The notes beneath the pieces were generated by a model. That model was given only the letters and a program-made list of their open reading frames with translations, made no database searches and was not told the DNA's origin. Of a DNA stretch of 33,544 bases, positions 1 to 8,768 are shown piece by piece. This DNA comes from an uncultured Chloroflexia bacterium. Its GTDB lineage: Bacteria; Chloroflexota; Limnocylindria; Limnocylindrales; CSP1-4. A program made the translations under genes and the position numbers. The stretch spans positions 1-33,544 of the forward strand of contig CAVVYR010000024.1 in the NCBI GenBank assembly GCA_963752475.1, written 5' to 3'. Each line of letters opens with the position of its first letter. Positions within the stretch are counted from its first letter, which is position 1.

Positions 1-35
1 CCGAGCCTGCACCGGAGCCCGACGCCACGGCCTGA
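1..35 (+). CDS. probable 3' end of an upstream gene (…EPAPEPDATA*)
   Basis: Frame from nt 3 reads EPAPEPDATA to TGA at 33-35; too short to identify. Confidence 0.3.
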   Translation, partial: EPAPEPDATA

Positions 36-197
36 CCCTGAGACGACGAGCACTTGGCGGGCAGCCAGCCCAGGACCCCGACCTGCCGCCCGATCGTGGA
101 CCGAGCGTTCCAGGCGATATCGCCGACCGCCCTCTTGTCCAGGCCGTCCGACCGGCCTAGCATCGGGGCGCCAAGGGCGACGAAGGGGGACCGTTCG

Positions 198-1352
198 ATG
201 TACCGCACCGTTTCGACTCGGCTGGCGCTGACTGCCGCGCTCGTCCTCACCGTCACGGCCGCCGCCGCGGCCCAGAACGACACACCCGAGGGCATCGACT
301 GGCACTTGACCGAGTACCTCGACGGCAGGGAGATGGTGCAAGTGCCCTGGTTCGTCGACGCGACCCTGCAGCTCGAGAGTGGCGAGGCCAGCGGCTCGAC
401 CGGCTGCAATCGCTTCTTCGGCAGCTACGAACTCGTGGGCCAGCAACTGACGATCGACCTGCTCGGGGTCACCGAGCAGGCCTGTGGCGGCGACCCCTAC
501 ATGACCATCGAGCGCGGGTACCTCGATGCCTTCGCACAGACCACGCGAGCGGTCGTCGACACGGGTGCGACCGAGAGCTACCTGTACCTCCGCAACGACT
601 CGGACCAGGATGTGCTCACGTACGAGACGAGCGCCATGAGCCTGACGACCTCTGATGTCCGAGCGCTCGCAGCCGAGCTCGAGGACCTGCGGGCGCAGAT
701 CGACCGGCAGGAGAAGCGCATCGACAACATCCGCATCGGCACCCTGCGTGACCGCATCAAGGAACTCGAGAGCGAGGTCAAGACGCTCGGGTCCGCGGCT
801 TCCTCGTCGAGCAGCGGTGGCAGGACCTTCACGGGCGCGGAGAAGCAGCTGCTCAAGGGCATCCCTGGCCGCATCCGCAGTACGTGCGCGCCACTGCGTT
901 CGGGCTTGCCCAGCGGGACGCTTGCTGCCGTGCGCTGCGATCCGGGCAACGACCTCGTGGCCGACATGGCCTACTACCTGCTGCCCTACAAGTCGGCCGA
1001 GCGCACCTTCACGGGGGTCATGGACCGGCACAGCGTGCCTGAGCGGTATCGCTGCATGGACGGCCGACAGAGTCAGGCGCTCCAGTCGCCGTATCACGCC
1101 ACCGGCTGCTTCGTCGATGGAGGCTCAGCCAACGTGCGGTTGGTGACGTGGGCCGCCAGCTGCCAGCAGCTCGATATCAACGGCAAGCGCGTGAGGGCAC
1201 CGGCGGCCTACGTCGCCATCGAGGGCACCGGCGACCACATCAAGCCGCTGTACGACTGGGCCACGACCGACGGCACGCCGGCGCCGGTATGGTCCGACAT
1301 CCCCGTCAGCGGCAACCCGCCCTCCCCTGGCTGCGTGGGACCGGCCGGCTAG
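198..1352 (+). CDS. secreted META (HslJ-like) domain protein with coiled coil and Cys-rich C-terminal domain
   Basis: ATG 198 preceded by AAGGGGG RBS; Sec signal peptide ending AAAAA|QND; META motifs W-L..ATL..ASGSTGCNRFFGSY..T..AC; heptad region LAAELEDLRAQIDRQEKRI; paralogue follows. Confidence 0.85.
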   Translation: MYRTVSTRLALTAALVLTVTAAAAAQNDTPEGIDWHLTEYLDGREMVQVPWFVDATLQLESGEASGSTGCNRFFGSYELVGQQLTIDLLGVTEQACGGDPYMTIERGYLDAFAQTTRAVVDTGATESYLYLRNDSDQDVLTYETSAMSLTTSDVRALAAELEDLRAQIDRQEKRIDNIRIGTLRDRIKELESEVKTLGSAASSSSSGGRTFTGAEKQLLKGIPGRIRSTCAPLRSGLPSGTLAAVRCDPGNDLVADMAYYLLPYKSAERTFTGVMDRHSVPERYRCMDGRQSQALQSPYHATGCFVDGGSANVRLVTWAASCQQLDINGKRVRAPAAYVAIEGTGDHIKPLYDWATTDGTPAPVWSDIPVSGNPPSPGCVGPAG

Positions 1353-1461
1353 GTCCTCGTACGACCGGCACAGACCCGGTGCTCTCGCTGACCGAGCCTG
1401 CGCCGAAGGCGGTGTACCCTCGCCCTCTGCCCTAGTCGTCAAGAGCAGGGGGTATCACCTG

Positions 1462-2661
1462 GTGATCAACAACCGTCTTCTCAGCTCCGTCGTCGCCGCC
1501 GGCATGCTCCTCACGCTACCCGGCCCGGCCCTGGCACAGGAGCCCATCGAACTCGAATACACCGACTGGTCACTCGTGAGCTACTACGACGAGGAGGCCG
1601 GCGAGACCGCTCCAGTGCCCTTCGAGGTCAACGCCACGCTGCGCCTCGAGGATGGCACCGCTTCCGGGTCGGGCGGCTGCAATCGGTTCAGCGGCTTCTA
1701 CGACCTCGACGGCAGCACCATCGAGTTCGGCGAGGAGATGTCGGTCACGCTCGCGTTTTGCGAGGGCCCGGCACAGGACGTGGAGGATGCCTACCTGGCC
1801 AACCTCGGCAGCGTCGGTGGTTGGGCCATCGACGGGGAGCAGCTCGAGCTCTACGACAACCTTGGCGACCTGGCGCTCACCTTCGAGCTGCCCAGCATCG
1901 CTTGGACGCCCACGCAGCTGGCTACCCTGCTGGCCGCTCTGAGCGATCTCCGGAGCGAGATCGACACACTGCGCACGGACACCGACAAGCTCAACGTGCC
2001 CACGCTCCGCCAGCGCATCAAGGCGCTCGAAGCGGAGAACAGGAAGATCACCAAGAGTCTGTCCCAGCTGGAGGACTCCCCCAAGGTCGATCAGGCGCCG
2101 AACACCCAGACGACCTCGTTCAACGCCTCCGAGAAGGTCCTGCTCGAGGGCATCCCTACGCGCATCAGCAACTACTGCAGCCCGTTGCGCACGGCGCTGC
2201 CCAAGGGCACACGGGCCGCGGTCACTTGCCGCCCCAACACCAAGACGGTCTCGTCGGTCGACTACTACCTGCTCGACGGCAGCCGGGCCATGACCGAGTT
2301 CGGCTCGGTGATGTCGAACTACAACGTGCCCGACACCTCGGCCGGCGGCCAGACCTGCGCCGACGGCACCAAGTCCCAGAGCATCTATCTCGGCGGCTGG
2401 CAGGCGCAGGGCTGCTACCGAGAGAACAAGACCGCCCAGCTGCGCTTCGTTGACAACGCCACCGACTGCAAGAAGCTCAAGGTCGGCGGCAAGACGCTCG
2501 GCAGCCCGGCCTTCTATGTCGCCATCCAGGGCGCCGACAACAACGTCGCCAAGGTCTACGACTGGGCCACCAGGGGCCTCCAGGAAGGCGTCGGTCAGGT
2601 GACCTCCATCACGCAGCCGATCCCCTCGAACGCCGCTGCCTCGCCTGCTTGCGCCACCTGA
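1462..2661 (+). CDS. secreted META domain protein, paralogue of 198-1352
   Basis: GTG start after AGGGGG RBS; signal peptide PALA|QEP; ASGSGGCNRFSGFY META motif; same coiled coil and six-Cys C-domain. Confidence 0.88.
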   Translation: MINNRLLSSVVAAGMLLTLPGPALAQEPIELEYTDWSLVSYYDEEAGETAPVPFEVNATLRLEDGTASGSGGCNRFSGFYDLDGSTIEFGEEMSVTLAFCEGPAQDVEDAYLANLGSVGGWAIDGEQLELYDNLGDLALTFELPSIAWTPTQLATLLAALSDLRSEIDTLRTDTDKLNVPTLRQRIKALEAENRKITKSLSQLEDSPKVDQAPNTQTTSFNASEKVLLEGIPTRISNYCSPLRTALPKGTRAAVTCRPNTKTVSSVDYYLLDGSRAMTEFGSVMSNYNVPDTSAGGQTCADGTKSQSIYLGGWQAQGCYRENKTAQLRFVDNATDCKKLKVGGKTLGSPAFYVAIQGADNNVAKVYDWATRGLQEGVGQVTSITQPIPSNAAASPACAT

Positions 2662-2717
2662 CCGGCACTTGCACGGCGGTCTACCGTTGACCCTTACCAC
2701 GGGGAGGATCCGACGAC

Positions 2718-3578
2718 ATGGCCAGCAAGAATGCCAAGACCGACAAATCCAGGAAGCCGAAGGCCAAGAAGGCCAGGGTTGAGGCAGCACCCGAGAAGCC
2801 CAGGGGCATCCCGAAGAAGTTCTACGAACAGGAGATGGCCAAGCTCCAGATCGAGCTGGTCAAGCTGCAGGAGTGGATCCGCGCTCGCAGCCTGAAGGTG
2901 GTGATCCTCTTCGAGGGTCGCGACGCTGCCGGCAAGGGCGGTTCCATCAAGCGCATCACCCAGAGCCTCAACCCGCGCGTCGCCCGCGTCGTAGCTCTGC
3001 CCGCGCCCACCGAGCGCGAGAAGACACAGTGGTACTTCCAGCGCTATGTGGCGCACCTGCCGGCGGCCGGCGAGATGGTCCTCTTCGACCGTAGCTGGTA
3101 CAACCGTGCCGGCGTCGATCGTGTCATGGGCTTCGCGACTGAAGAGCAGGTGCAGGAGTTCTTTCGCTCGTGTCCGGAGTTCGAACGCATGCTCGTGCGC
3201 TCTGGGATCATCCTCATCAAGTACTGGTTCTCGGTCAGCGACGCCGAGCAGGAGGCACGCTTCCAGGCTCGCATCGACGATCCCACCAAGCGCTGGAAGC
3301 TCTCGCCCATGGACCTGCAGTCACGCGCCCGCTGGGTGGACTACTCCAAGGCCAAGGACGATATGCTCCGCCACACCGACATCAAGCAGGCACCCTGGTC
3401 CGTGGTCAACGCCGACAGCAAGCGCCGCGCCCGGCTCAACGTCATCAAGCACCTGCTCTCGCTCATCCCCTACGAGGACCTGACGCCCGAGCCCATCGAT
3501 CTGCCGCCGCGCGAGCCGGACAAGGGCTACGTGCGACCCCCGCTCGACGACCAGTCATTCATCCCCGAGCCCTACTAG
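2718..3578 (+). CDS. ppk2: polyphosphate kinase 2 (class I-like)
   Basis: Walker A FEGRDAAGKGG, FDRSWYNRAGV, KRWKLSPMDL; GGAGG RBS. Confidence 0.96.
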   Translation: MASKNAKTDKSRKPKAKKARVEAAPEKPRGIPKKFYEQEMAKLQIELVKLQEWIRARSLKVVILFEGRDAAGKGGSIKRITQSLNPRVARVVALPAPTEREKTQWYFQRYVAHLPAAGEMVLFDRSWYNRAGVDRVMGFATEEQVQEFFRSCPEFERMLVRSGIILIKYWFSVSDAEQEARFQARIDDPTKRWKLSPMDLQSRARWVDYSKAKDDMLRHTDIKQAPWSVVNADSKRRARLNVIKHLLSLIPYEDLTPEPIDLPPREPDKGYVRPPLDDQSFIPEPY

Positions 3579-3581
3579 GCC

Positions 3582-4514
3582 GTGCCCAGCTCCCTCGTCG
3601 TCATCAACCCACACGCCTCGAAATCCCGAGACGCAACCACGCTGGCGGCGCTGACCGAGCGCCTCGGCGAGGTGCTGGCCGAGCGCGACGGCGCCGAGCC
3701 CCGGCTGGTCGAGACGGCCGAGGCCAGCGAAGTAGCGCCGGTGGCCAGGGAGGCGCTCGACAGCGGTGTGGCCTCGGTCGTGGGCGTCGGTGGTGACGGC
3801 ACACTGCGCGAGATCGCGGGCGTGCTCGCCGGCACGGACGTGCCGCTGGGCGTCATCCCTGCCGGCACCGGCAACCAGGTCGCGGGGGCGCTCGCGATCC
3901 CGCGATCTCCGATGGAGGCTGCCGATGTCCTCGCGAACGCCGTCGAACGCGTGATCGACCTCGGAGAGGTTACCGTCCGGGTCGACGGCAGGAGCGAGAC
4001 CTCGGTGTGCCTCATCGGCTGCGGTGCCGGTTTCGACGCCCAGCTCATGGCCACGACTCCGAAGGGACTGAAGCGCTGGCTCGGATCGCTGGCCTACTTC
4101 GTGCAGGCGGCACGGCTGATGTTGAGGCTATCAGCCACGCCCTGTCGCGTGACCGTCGACGGTCAGACCTTCGAGACGGGCGCCACCATCGTGCTCATCG
4201 GCAACATGGGCCACCTCGTGCCGGGCCGCCTCGACCTGCGCCTGCCGCTCGATCCGTACGACGGCCTGCTGGAGCTCATCATCGTGGGCGCGTCCGGCCC
4301 GGTCAGCGGCCTGCGTGGCCTCAACGATCAGCTTCGACGCACCCAGCTCGGTGGCGGGGCCGGAGATGCCAGCATCCGCCTGCGCGGCAGATCCATCGAC
4401 ATCGAGCCGCTCGAGCCCATGCCGCTGCAGGTCGACGGCGATCATGTCGGCGAGGGCAGCCTCCACGCTCGCGTCCGTCCAGCCGCACTGCGGCTGCTCA
4501 CGCCCGCGTCCTGA
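3582..4514 (+). CDS. diacylglycerol kinase family (DAGK/YegS-like) lipid kinase
   Basis: VINP, GGDGT, IPAGTGN, GAGFDA, QVDGD motifs; starts 3 nt after the ppk2 stop. Confidence 0.92.
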   Translation: MPSSLVVINPHASKSRDATTLAALTERLGEVLAERDGAEPRLVETAEASEVAPVAREALDSGVASVVGVGGDGTLREIAGVLAGTDVPLGVIPAGTGNQVAGALAIPRSPMEAADVLANAVERVIDLGEVTVRVDGRSETSVCLIGCGAGFDAQLMATTPKGLKRWLGSLAYFVQAARLMLRLSATPCRVTVDGQTFETGATIVLIGNMGHLVPGRLDLRLPLDPYDGLLELIIVGASGPVSGLRGLNDQLRRTQLGGGAGDASIRLRGRSIDIEPLEPMPLQVDGDHVGEGSLHARVRPAALRLLTPAS

Positions 4515-7500
4515 TCAGTCGTCGCAGTCGAGTTCCTCGGGCGCGTACCACGATGTCGCAGAGGCGCGGCCGTCCGACTCGATCGTCACCGACCAGGACG
4601 AGGCCCAGGCGTCGCTGCCATCGGCCTCCGCCCAGAAGTCGGAGACCCACTCGCACTCGCCGCCACTGAGGGTCGACGGCTCCCGGGGCAGGCCGCCCTG
4701 GTCCTCGGGCGGGTCCACCGGCTCGTCGGTGAGGATGCACGTGAGCTGTTCCTCGAACGAGCCGTCACCGTACTCGATCCACAGGGCTTGCCCGCACTCG
4801 GCGGTCATATAGGTCTCGTGCTCCGGCCCACTCACCGGCAGGACCGTGACGATGTCGGTCACCTCCGACCACGCTACCGCGTCGTCGGGCACCCCCAGGG
4901 GCACGATGGTCTCGGCCACCGAGAGCCAGGCATCGTCGGGCAGGTACGGGCCTCCGCAGACAAGGTATTCACGGTTGCCAGCGAGGTCGAAGAGGTAGCT
5001 GATGCTGACGTCGCCATCCTCTGCTGTCTGCGTGTAGGTCGCGGCATCACCGATGGGCAGCACGAGCGAGCCGGTCTCGATGGCCGCCGGCGGAGGCTCG
5101 GGCGTGAGGCCGCCCAGGATGCCTTCGAGCTCCTCGAACCAGACGGCGTGATCGTCGAGCGAGAGATGGATGCCGTCGTACACGTAGACGTCGCACCACT
5201 GCTGGTCCTCGACGGAGTAGGCCGTCAGGGTCTTCCAGACCTCCACATCAGCGTCGGAGACGCCTTCAGGCAGGAAGGCGGGACCCATCGATTCGGTCTC
5301 TGACACGATCTCCCAGTGTGCCGGCAGTGCCAGGCGGATACCGGCCTCGGGCACCTCGATCTGCTGGATCGTCGGATCCTGTTCGGATTCGGGCTCAGGT
5401 GACGCGCCGCTCAGCGACTCGATGCTCTCCGCCACCGAGAGCCAGGCATCCTCAGGTTGCTCCGGGGTGCTGCAGACCAGGTATTGCCGGTGGTCACCCA
5501 CGTCGTAGAGGTAGTAGGTCAGGACCGTGCCATCGGCGGACGTCTCCACGACGCGCACCGTGCCACCGATAGGCAGCGTCAGGGACTCCATCCGGGCCTC
5601 GCCCGGCGGATCCTTGAGTTCGGCGGCCGTGGCGAAGCCGTAGCCATGGTCGTCGAGCGAGAGCGGGATGTCACTCAGCATGTAGACGTCACACCAGGAT
5701 TCGTCATCCGGGAAGGCATGCATCACCGCCCACAGATCGGACTCGGGTGCGTCGGGCCCGGCGACGTTGATGGTGTCGATGAAGTCCATCACGGACTGGA
5801 CCTCCCAGTCGACCGGCAGCGTCACGGCGATGTCAGCATCGGCGAACTGCAGGCGCTGGAGCCCAAGCTCGGGCGGCTCATCGCCGAGGGCGGTGATCGA
5901 GGCGGCCAGCGAGCGCGAGGCGAACCCGCCGTCGTCGCCGACTACGCAGTCGACGATATAGCGCGACCCAGCCAGGTCGAAGACATAGGCGACCGAGCCA
6001 CCGATTAGAGAGTAGTAGACGACGCGGTAGGCCTCGCCTGCCGGCAGCTGCACTCGTTCGGTCTCGGGGTCTGCCTCGGAGAGCGAGGAGTACTGCACCC
6101 AGCCGTGCTCGTGCGCATGTCGTTCAGGATCCATGGGCATGTCCGCGAACGTCGAGACCCAGCACACGCCTTCGGTCCAGGGGAAGGCCGAGAGGAACTG
6201 CGTCCGTGGCGCGGTCGCGTCTACACCGAACTCGTCGGGCAGCGGGTAGTCGGTCTCCTCGGTGCGAAGCTCGTAGGTCCAGAAGTGCGGGATCGTCAGG
6301 CCGATGCCGAGATCGGGGAACTCGACTCGTCGGTCGTCGATGCTCGCCTCCGCAGGGTCGGTCGTATCGGTCTCTTCCGCGGGGTCGGTCGTGTCGGGCT
6401 CTTGCTCAGGGGTCGCGTCGAGGGGCTCGATCGAATCGGCGATGGGCCAGAAGGTCTCGTCACCGAGTTCCTCGTCGAAGCAGGACAGGACGTAGCGCAG
6501 CCCAGCCATGTCAAACAGATACTCATGACCCCAACCCAGCATGGCCATGAAGTCCAGGCGCACCGCCGGTCCGGCGGAGCGCTCGACCTCCGTGATGACG
6601 GGGTCCTCGTCGACGAACGACGATGCGTTCTCACGGGCTCGTTCCTGCGCCTGTCGCTCGAGGCTCAGGGGCAGGTCTTCGTACGCCGTGAGGAGGCATG
6701 CGCCCTGAGCGGGCGAGGCGGCCGACGACACGATGGTGTAGGGCACGGTGGAGCCGTCGTCGAACTGGGCCGGGAGCTGGTACTCCCCGGGCTCCATCAC
6801 GATCTCGTGGATCCAGTCGGCAGGGATCGTCATGGCGATCCCGGCCTCCGGCACCTCCACGCGCTGGGTAGACACCAAGTCGGCGCCCGACTCCCCCGAG
6901 TCGACCACGTCGGCGCTGACATCGGCGTCGTCGACGCCCTCTGGCGTGACTTCGGGGGTGGGTTCGAGCCCGCCCTCGAGCAGCTCCACCGATTCGGCCA
7001 TCGAGCGCCAGCTGCGGCTGTACACGAGGTCGGTGCCACAGGTGAGCACGAATTGAACCGGATCCGAGTCCCAGACCTGGGCCCGGATGATCCCTGGGTC
7101 GGCCTCGCTGAGGAGGTCGACCTGCTCGGCTAGCTCGCCGCCGATGACGGTGAACCCGACGCTGGCGTGCCAGCCCTCGGGGTCGTCGACCAGCCAGGTC
7201 GAGGCCAGGAGCTCGGCGTGCTCTTGGAGCGTCAGCGGACCGGCATCATGGACCTGCAGGCTGCACCAGTCGCCGGTAGCGCCCTCGGCCGAGAACGCCT
7301 CGACGTAGGGGACCGGCCCCTCGTCGGCACGGTCGGACGGGAGGGCCAGCTCGCCTTTCTGCATGACGACGTCGATCTGCCAGTCGGGAGGCAGCTCCAT
7401 GGCGACGCCGGCCTCGGGCAACTCCACCCGCTCGAGCTCGTAGGACCCCGGCGCCCACTCGATGCTGCCTTCCGACGGTGGCTCCAGCGCCCGCTCCAGC

Positions 7501-8054
7501 CGGTCCTCGGCCGGCAGCCACTCGAGCGTCTCCGCGATGCCGAGCCAGTCATCGGCTGCTCGCTCCTCCGAGTAGCAGGTCAGCTTCCAACGCATGCCGT
7601 CCGCATCGATCTCGTAGTTCGTGGTGTAGCCGTCACTGGTCCCGTCTGGGTGAACGGCACGTGCGGCGGTGCCGATCGGCAGCTCGACCTCGACGACCTC
7701 CCCGCCGAGTCCGGTCACCCACCCGTCATCGCCGCCGGCGTCGGTCTCCACCAGCGAGGGCCCGGGGTAGAGATACCACCAGACGCCGCAGGAGGCGTCC
7801 TCCGTGCTGCCGCGGACGACCCACCAACGGCCCGTGTAGGGATCGCCTGGCTCTGTGTGGCCGTACTCCATGAGGACGTCGGCACTCCAGTCGGGCGGAT
7901 ACGAGACGGCGATGCCGGCTTCGGGCAGCTCCACGCGTTCGAAGTACGCGGGGTCGTCGCCCATACGCAGTTCCTCGTCCTGTGCGGCTGCTGCCGGGGC
8001 CATCGTGGCCACGAGCACAGCCGCGGCGAGACAGCCGGCGATCCGTCGGAACAT
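4515..8054 (-). CDS. large secreted acidic protein with six tandem two-Cys repeats (possibly PsbP/DcrB-like fold) and a four-Cys C-terminal domain
   Basis: Long ORF with signal peptide AAAA|QDE; six units RVExPEAGI.x.xP.dW…C…LP.G.A…Y..C…W..AESI; ATG 8054 (TGATG overlap, GGAGG RBS 7 nt upstream) preferred to GTG 8057. Confidence 0.85.
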   Translation of the reverse strand: MFRRIAGCLAAAVLVATMAPAAAAQDEELRMGDDPAYFERVELPEAGIAVSYPPDWSADVLMEYGHTEPGDPYTGRWWVVRGSTEDASCGVWWYLYPGPSLVETDAGGDDGWVTGLGGEVVEVELPIGTAARAVHPDGTSDGYTTNYEIDADGMRWKLTCYSEERAADDWLGIAETLEWLPAEDRLERALEPPSEGSIEWAPGSYELERVELPEAGVAMELPPDWQIDVVMQKGELALPSDRADEGPVPYVEAFSAEGATGDWCSLQVHDAGPLTLQEHAELLASTWLVDDPEGWHASVGFTVIGGELAEQVDLLSEADPGIIRAQVWDSDPVQFVLTCGTDLVYSRSWRSMAESVELLEGGLEPTPEVTPEGVDDADVSADVVDSGESGADLVSTQRVEVPEAGIAMTIPADWIHEIVMEPGEYQLPAQFDDGSTVPYTIVSSAASPAQGACLLTAYEDLPLSLERQAQERARENASSFVDEDPVITEVERSAGPAVRLDFMAMLGWGHEYLFDMAGLRYVLSCFDEELGDETFWPIADSIEPLDATPEQEPDTTDPAEETDTTDPAEASIDDRRVEFPDLGIGLTIPHFWTYELRTEETDYPLPDEFGVDATAPRTQFLSAFPWTEGVCWVSTFADMPMDPERHAHEHGWVQYSSLSEADPETERVQLPAGEAYRVVYYSLIGGSVAYVFDLAGSRYIVDCVVGDDGGFASRSLAASITALGDEPPELGLQRLQFADADIAVTLPVDWEVQSVMDFIDTINVAGPDAPESDLWAVMHAFPDDESWCDVYMLSDIPLSLDDHGYGFATAAELKDPPGEARMESLTLPIGGTVRVVETSADGTVLTYYLYDVGDHRQYLVCSTPEQPEDAWLSVAESIESLSGASPEPESEQDPTIQQIEVPEAGIRLALPAHWEIVSETESMGPAFLPEGVSDADVEVWKTLTAYSVEDQQWCDVYVYDGIHLSLDDHAVWFEELEGILGGLTPEPPPAAIETGSLVLPIGDAATYTQTAEDGDVSISYLFDLAGNREYLVCGGPYLPDDAWLSVAETIVPLGVPDDAVAWSEVTDIVTVLPVSGPEHETYMTAECGQALWIEYGDGSFEEQLTCILTDEPVDPPEDQGGLPREPSTLSGGECEWVSDFWAEADGSDAWASSWSVTIESDGRASATSWYAPEELDCDD

Positions 8055-8647
8055 CACTCGACCTCCATCTCTCCGCTCTCACTCGCGGCCAACTCGAGGG
8101 ACTCCGCCACCGCCAGCCAGCCGTCCTCGGCTGGCTCGTCACCCACGCACTGCAGCTGATAGTGAGCGTCGACGCTCGCGAGCAGGTAGACCGAGGTGTA
8201 GGCCGCGCTGGGCTCGTTGTAGATGTCGAATCGATAGGCCTCACCTGCGGGGAGCTCGACGCCCGTCACCTCGATCGGCCGCTCGACCTCGCTGTGGCTG
8301 GGCGTCATCAGTGCTTCGTAGCGCTCGGCATGTGCATCGAGCGCTTGCGGGTAGCTCGGATACCAGGTCAGGTCGCACCAGGTGCCGCCGCCGTCGCTGG
8401 CGTAGATGACCTTCCAGAACGGGACCGGTTCGTCGGCGAAGCCCTCGTCGTAGAGGCCCCAGTCCTCCTTCTGGCGCATCTCGATGTCGGCGGACCAATC
8501 CGCCGGCACGGAGAGCGCGACGCCAGCCTCGGGGACGGAGATCCGCTGGGTCTCACCTCCGTCGGTCGCGTCGTCCTGCGCGACCACCACAGCAACATGA
8601 CCGACGAGCAAGCCGGTCAACAGCAGAGACGTGCAGCCACGTCGCAT
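8054..8647 (-). CDS. secreted single-repeat paralogue of the six-repeat protein
   Basis: Signal peptide VVA|QDD; QRISVPEAGVALSVPADW…WC…LPAGEAY…LQC…WLAVAESLE matches the repeat unit; GGGGGGAAGAG RBS. Confidence 0.85.
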   Translation of the reverse strand: MRRGCTSLLLTGLLVGHVAVVVAQDDATDGGETQRISVPEAGVALSVPADWSADIEMRQKEDWGLYDEGFADEPVPFWKVIYASDGGGTWCDLTWYPSYPQALDAHAERYEALMTPSHSEVERPIEVTGVELPAGEAYRFDIYNEPSAAYTSVYLLASVDAHYQLQCVGDEPAEDGWLAVAESLELAASESGEMEVE

Positions 8648-8708
8648 CGCTCTTCCCCCCTATGCGCTTCTGCCCATCGTCGACCCCCGACGGAGGGCCG
8701 TCAATACC

Positions 8709-8743
8709 GAAGAAGCGCCGGGGCCCTCGATGGACCCCGGCGC
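8709..8743 (-). terminator. probable intrinsic terminator after the VIT-vWA gene
   Basis: Minus strand GCGCCGGGGTCC-ATCGA-GGGCCCCGGCGC (12-bp stem, one G-U) followed by TTCTTC. Confidence 0.65.
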
Positions 8744-8768
8744 ATCCTGTGTGCTGCTGGTTCGGGGA

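Noticed and set aside
36-180. Third copy of the 186-bp element
   Set aside because: Only a short CCGAGCGT match; flanks do not align and there are no TIRs
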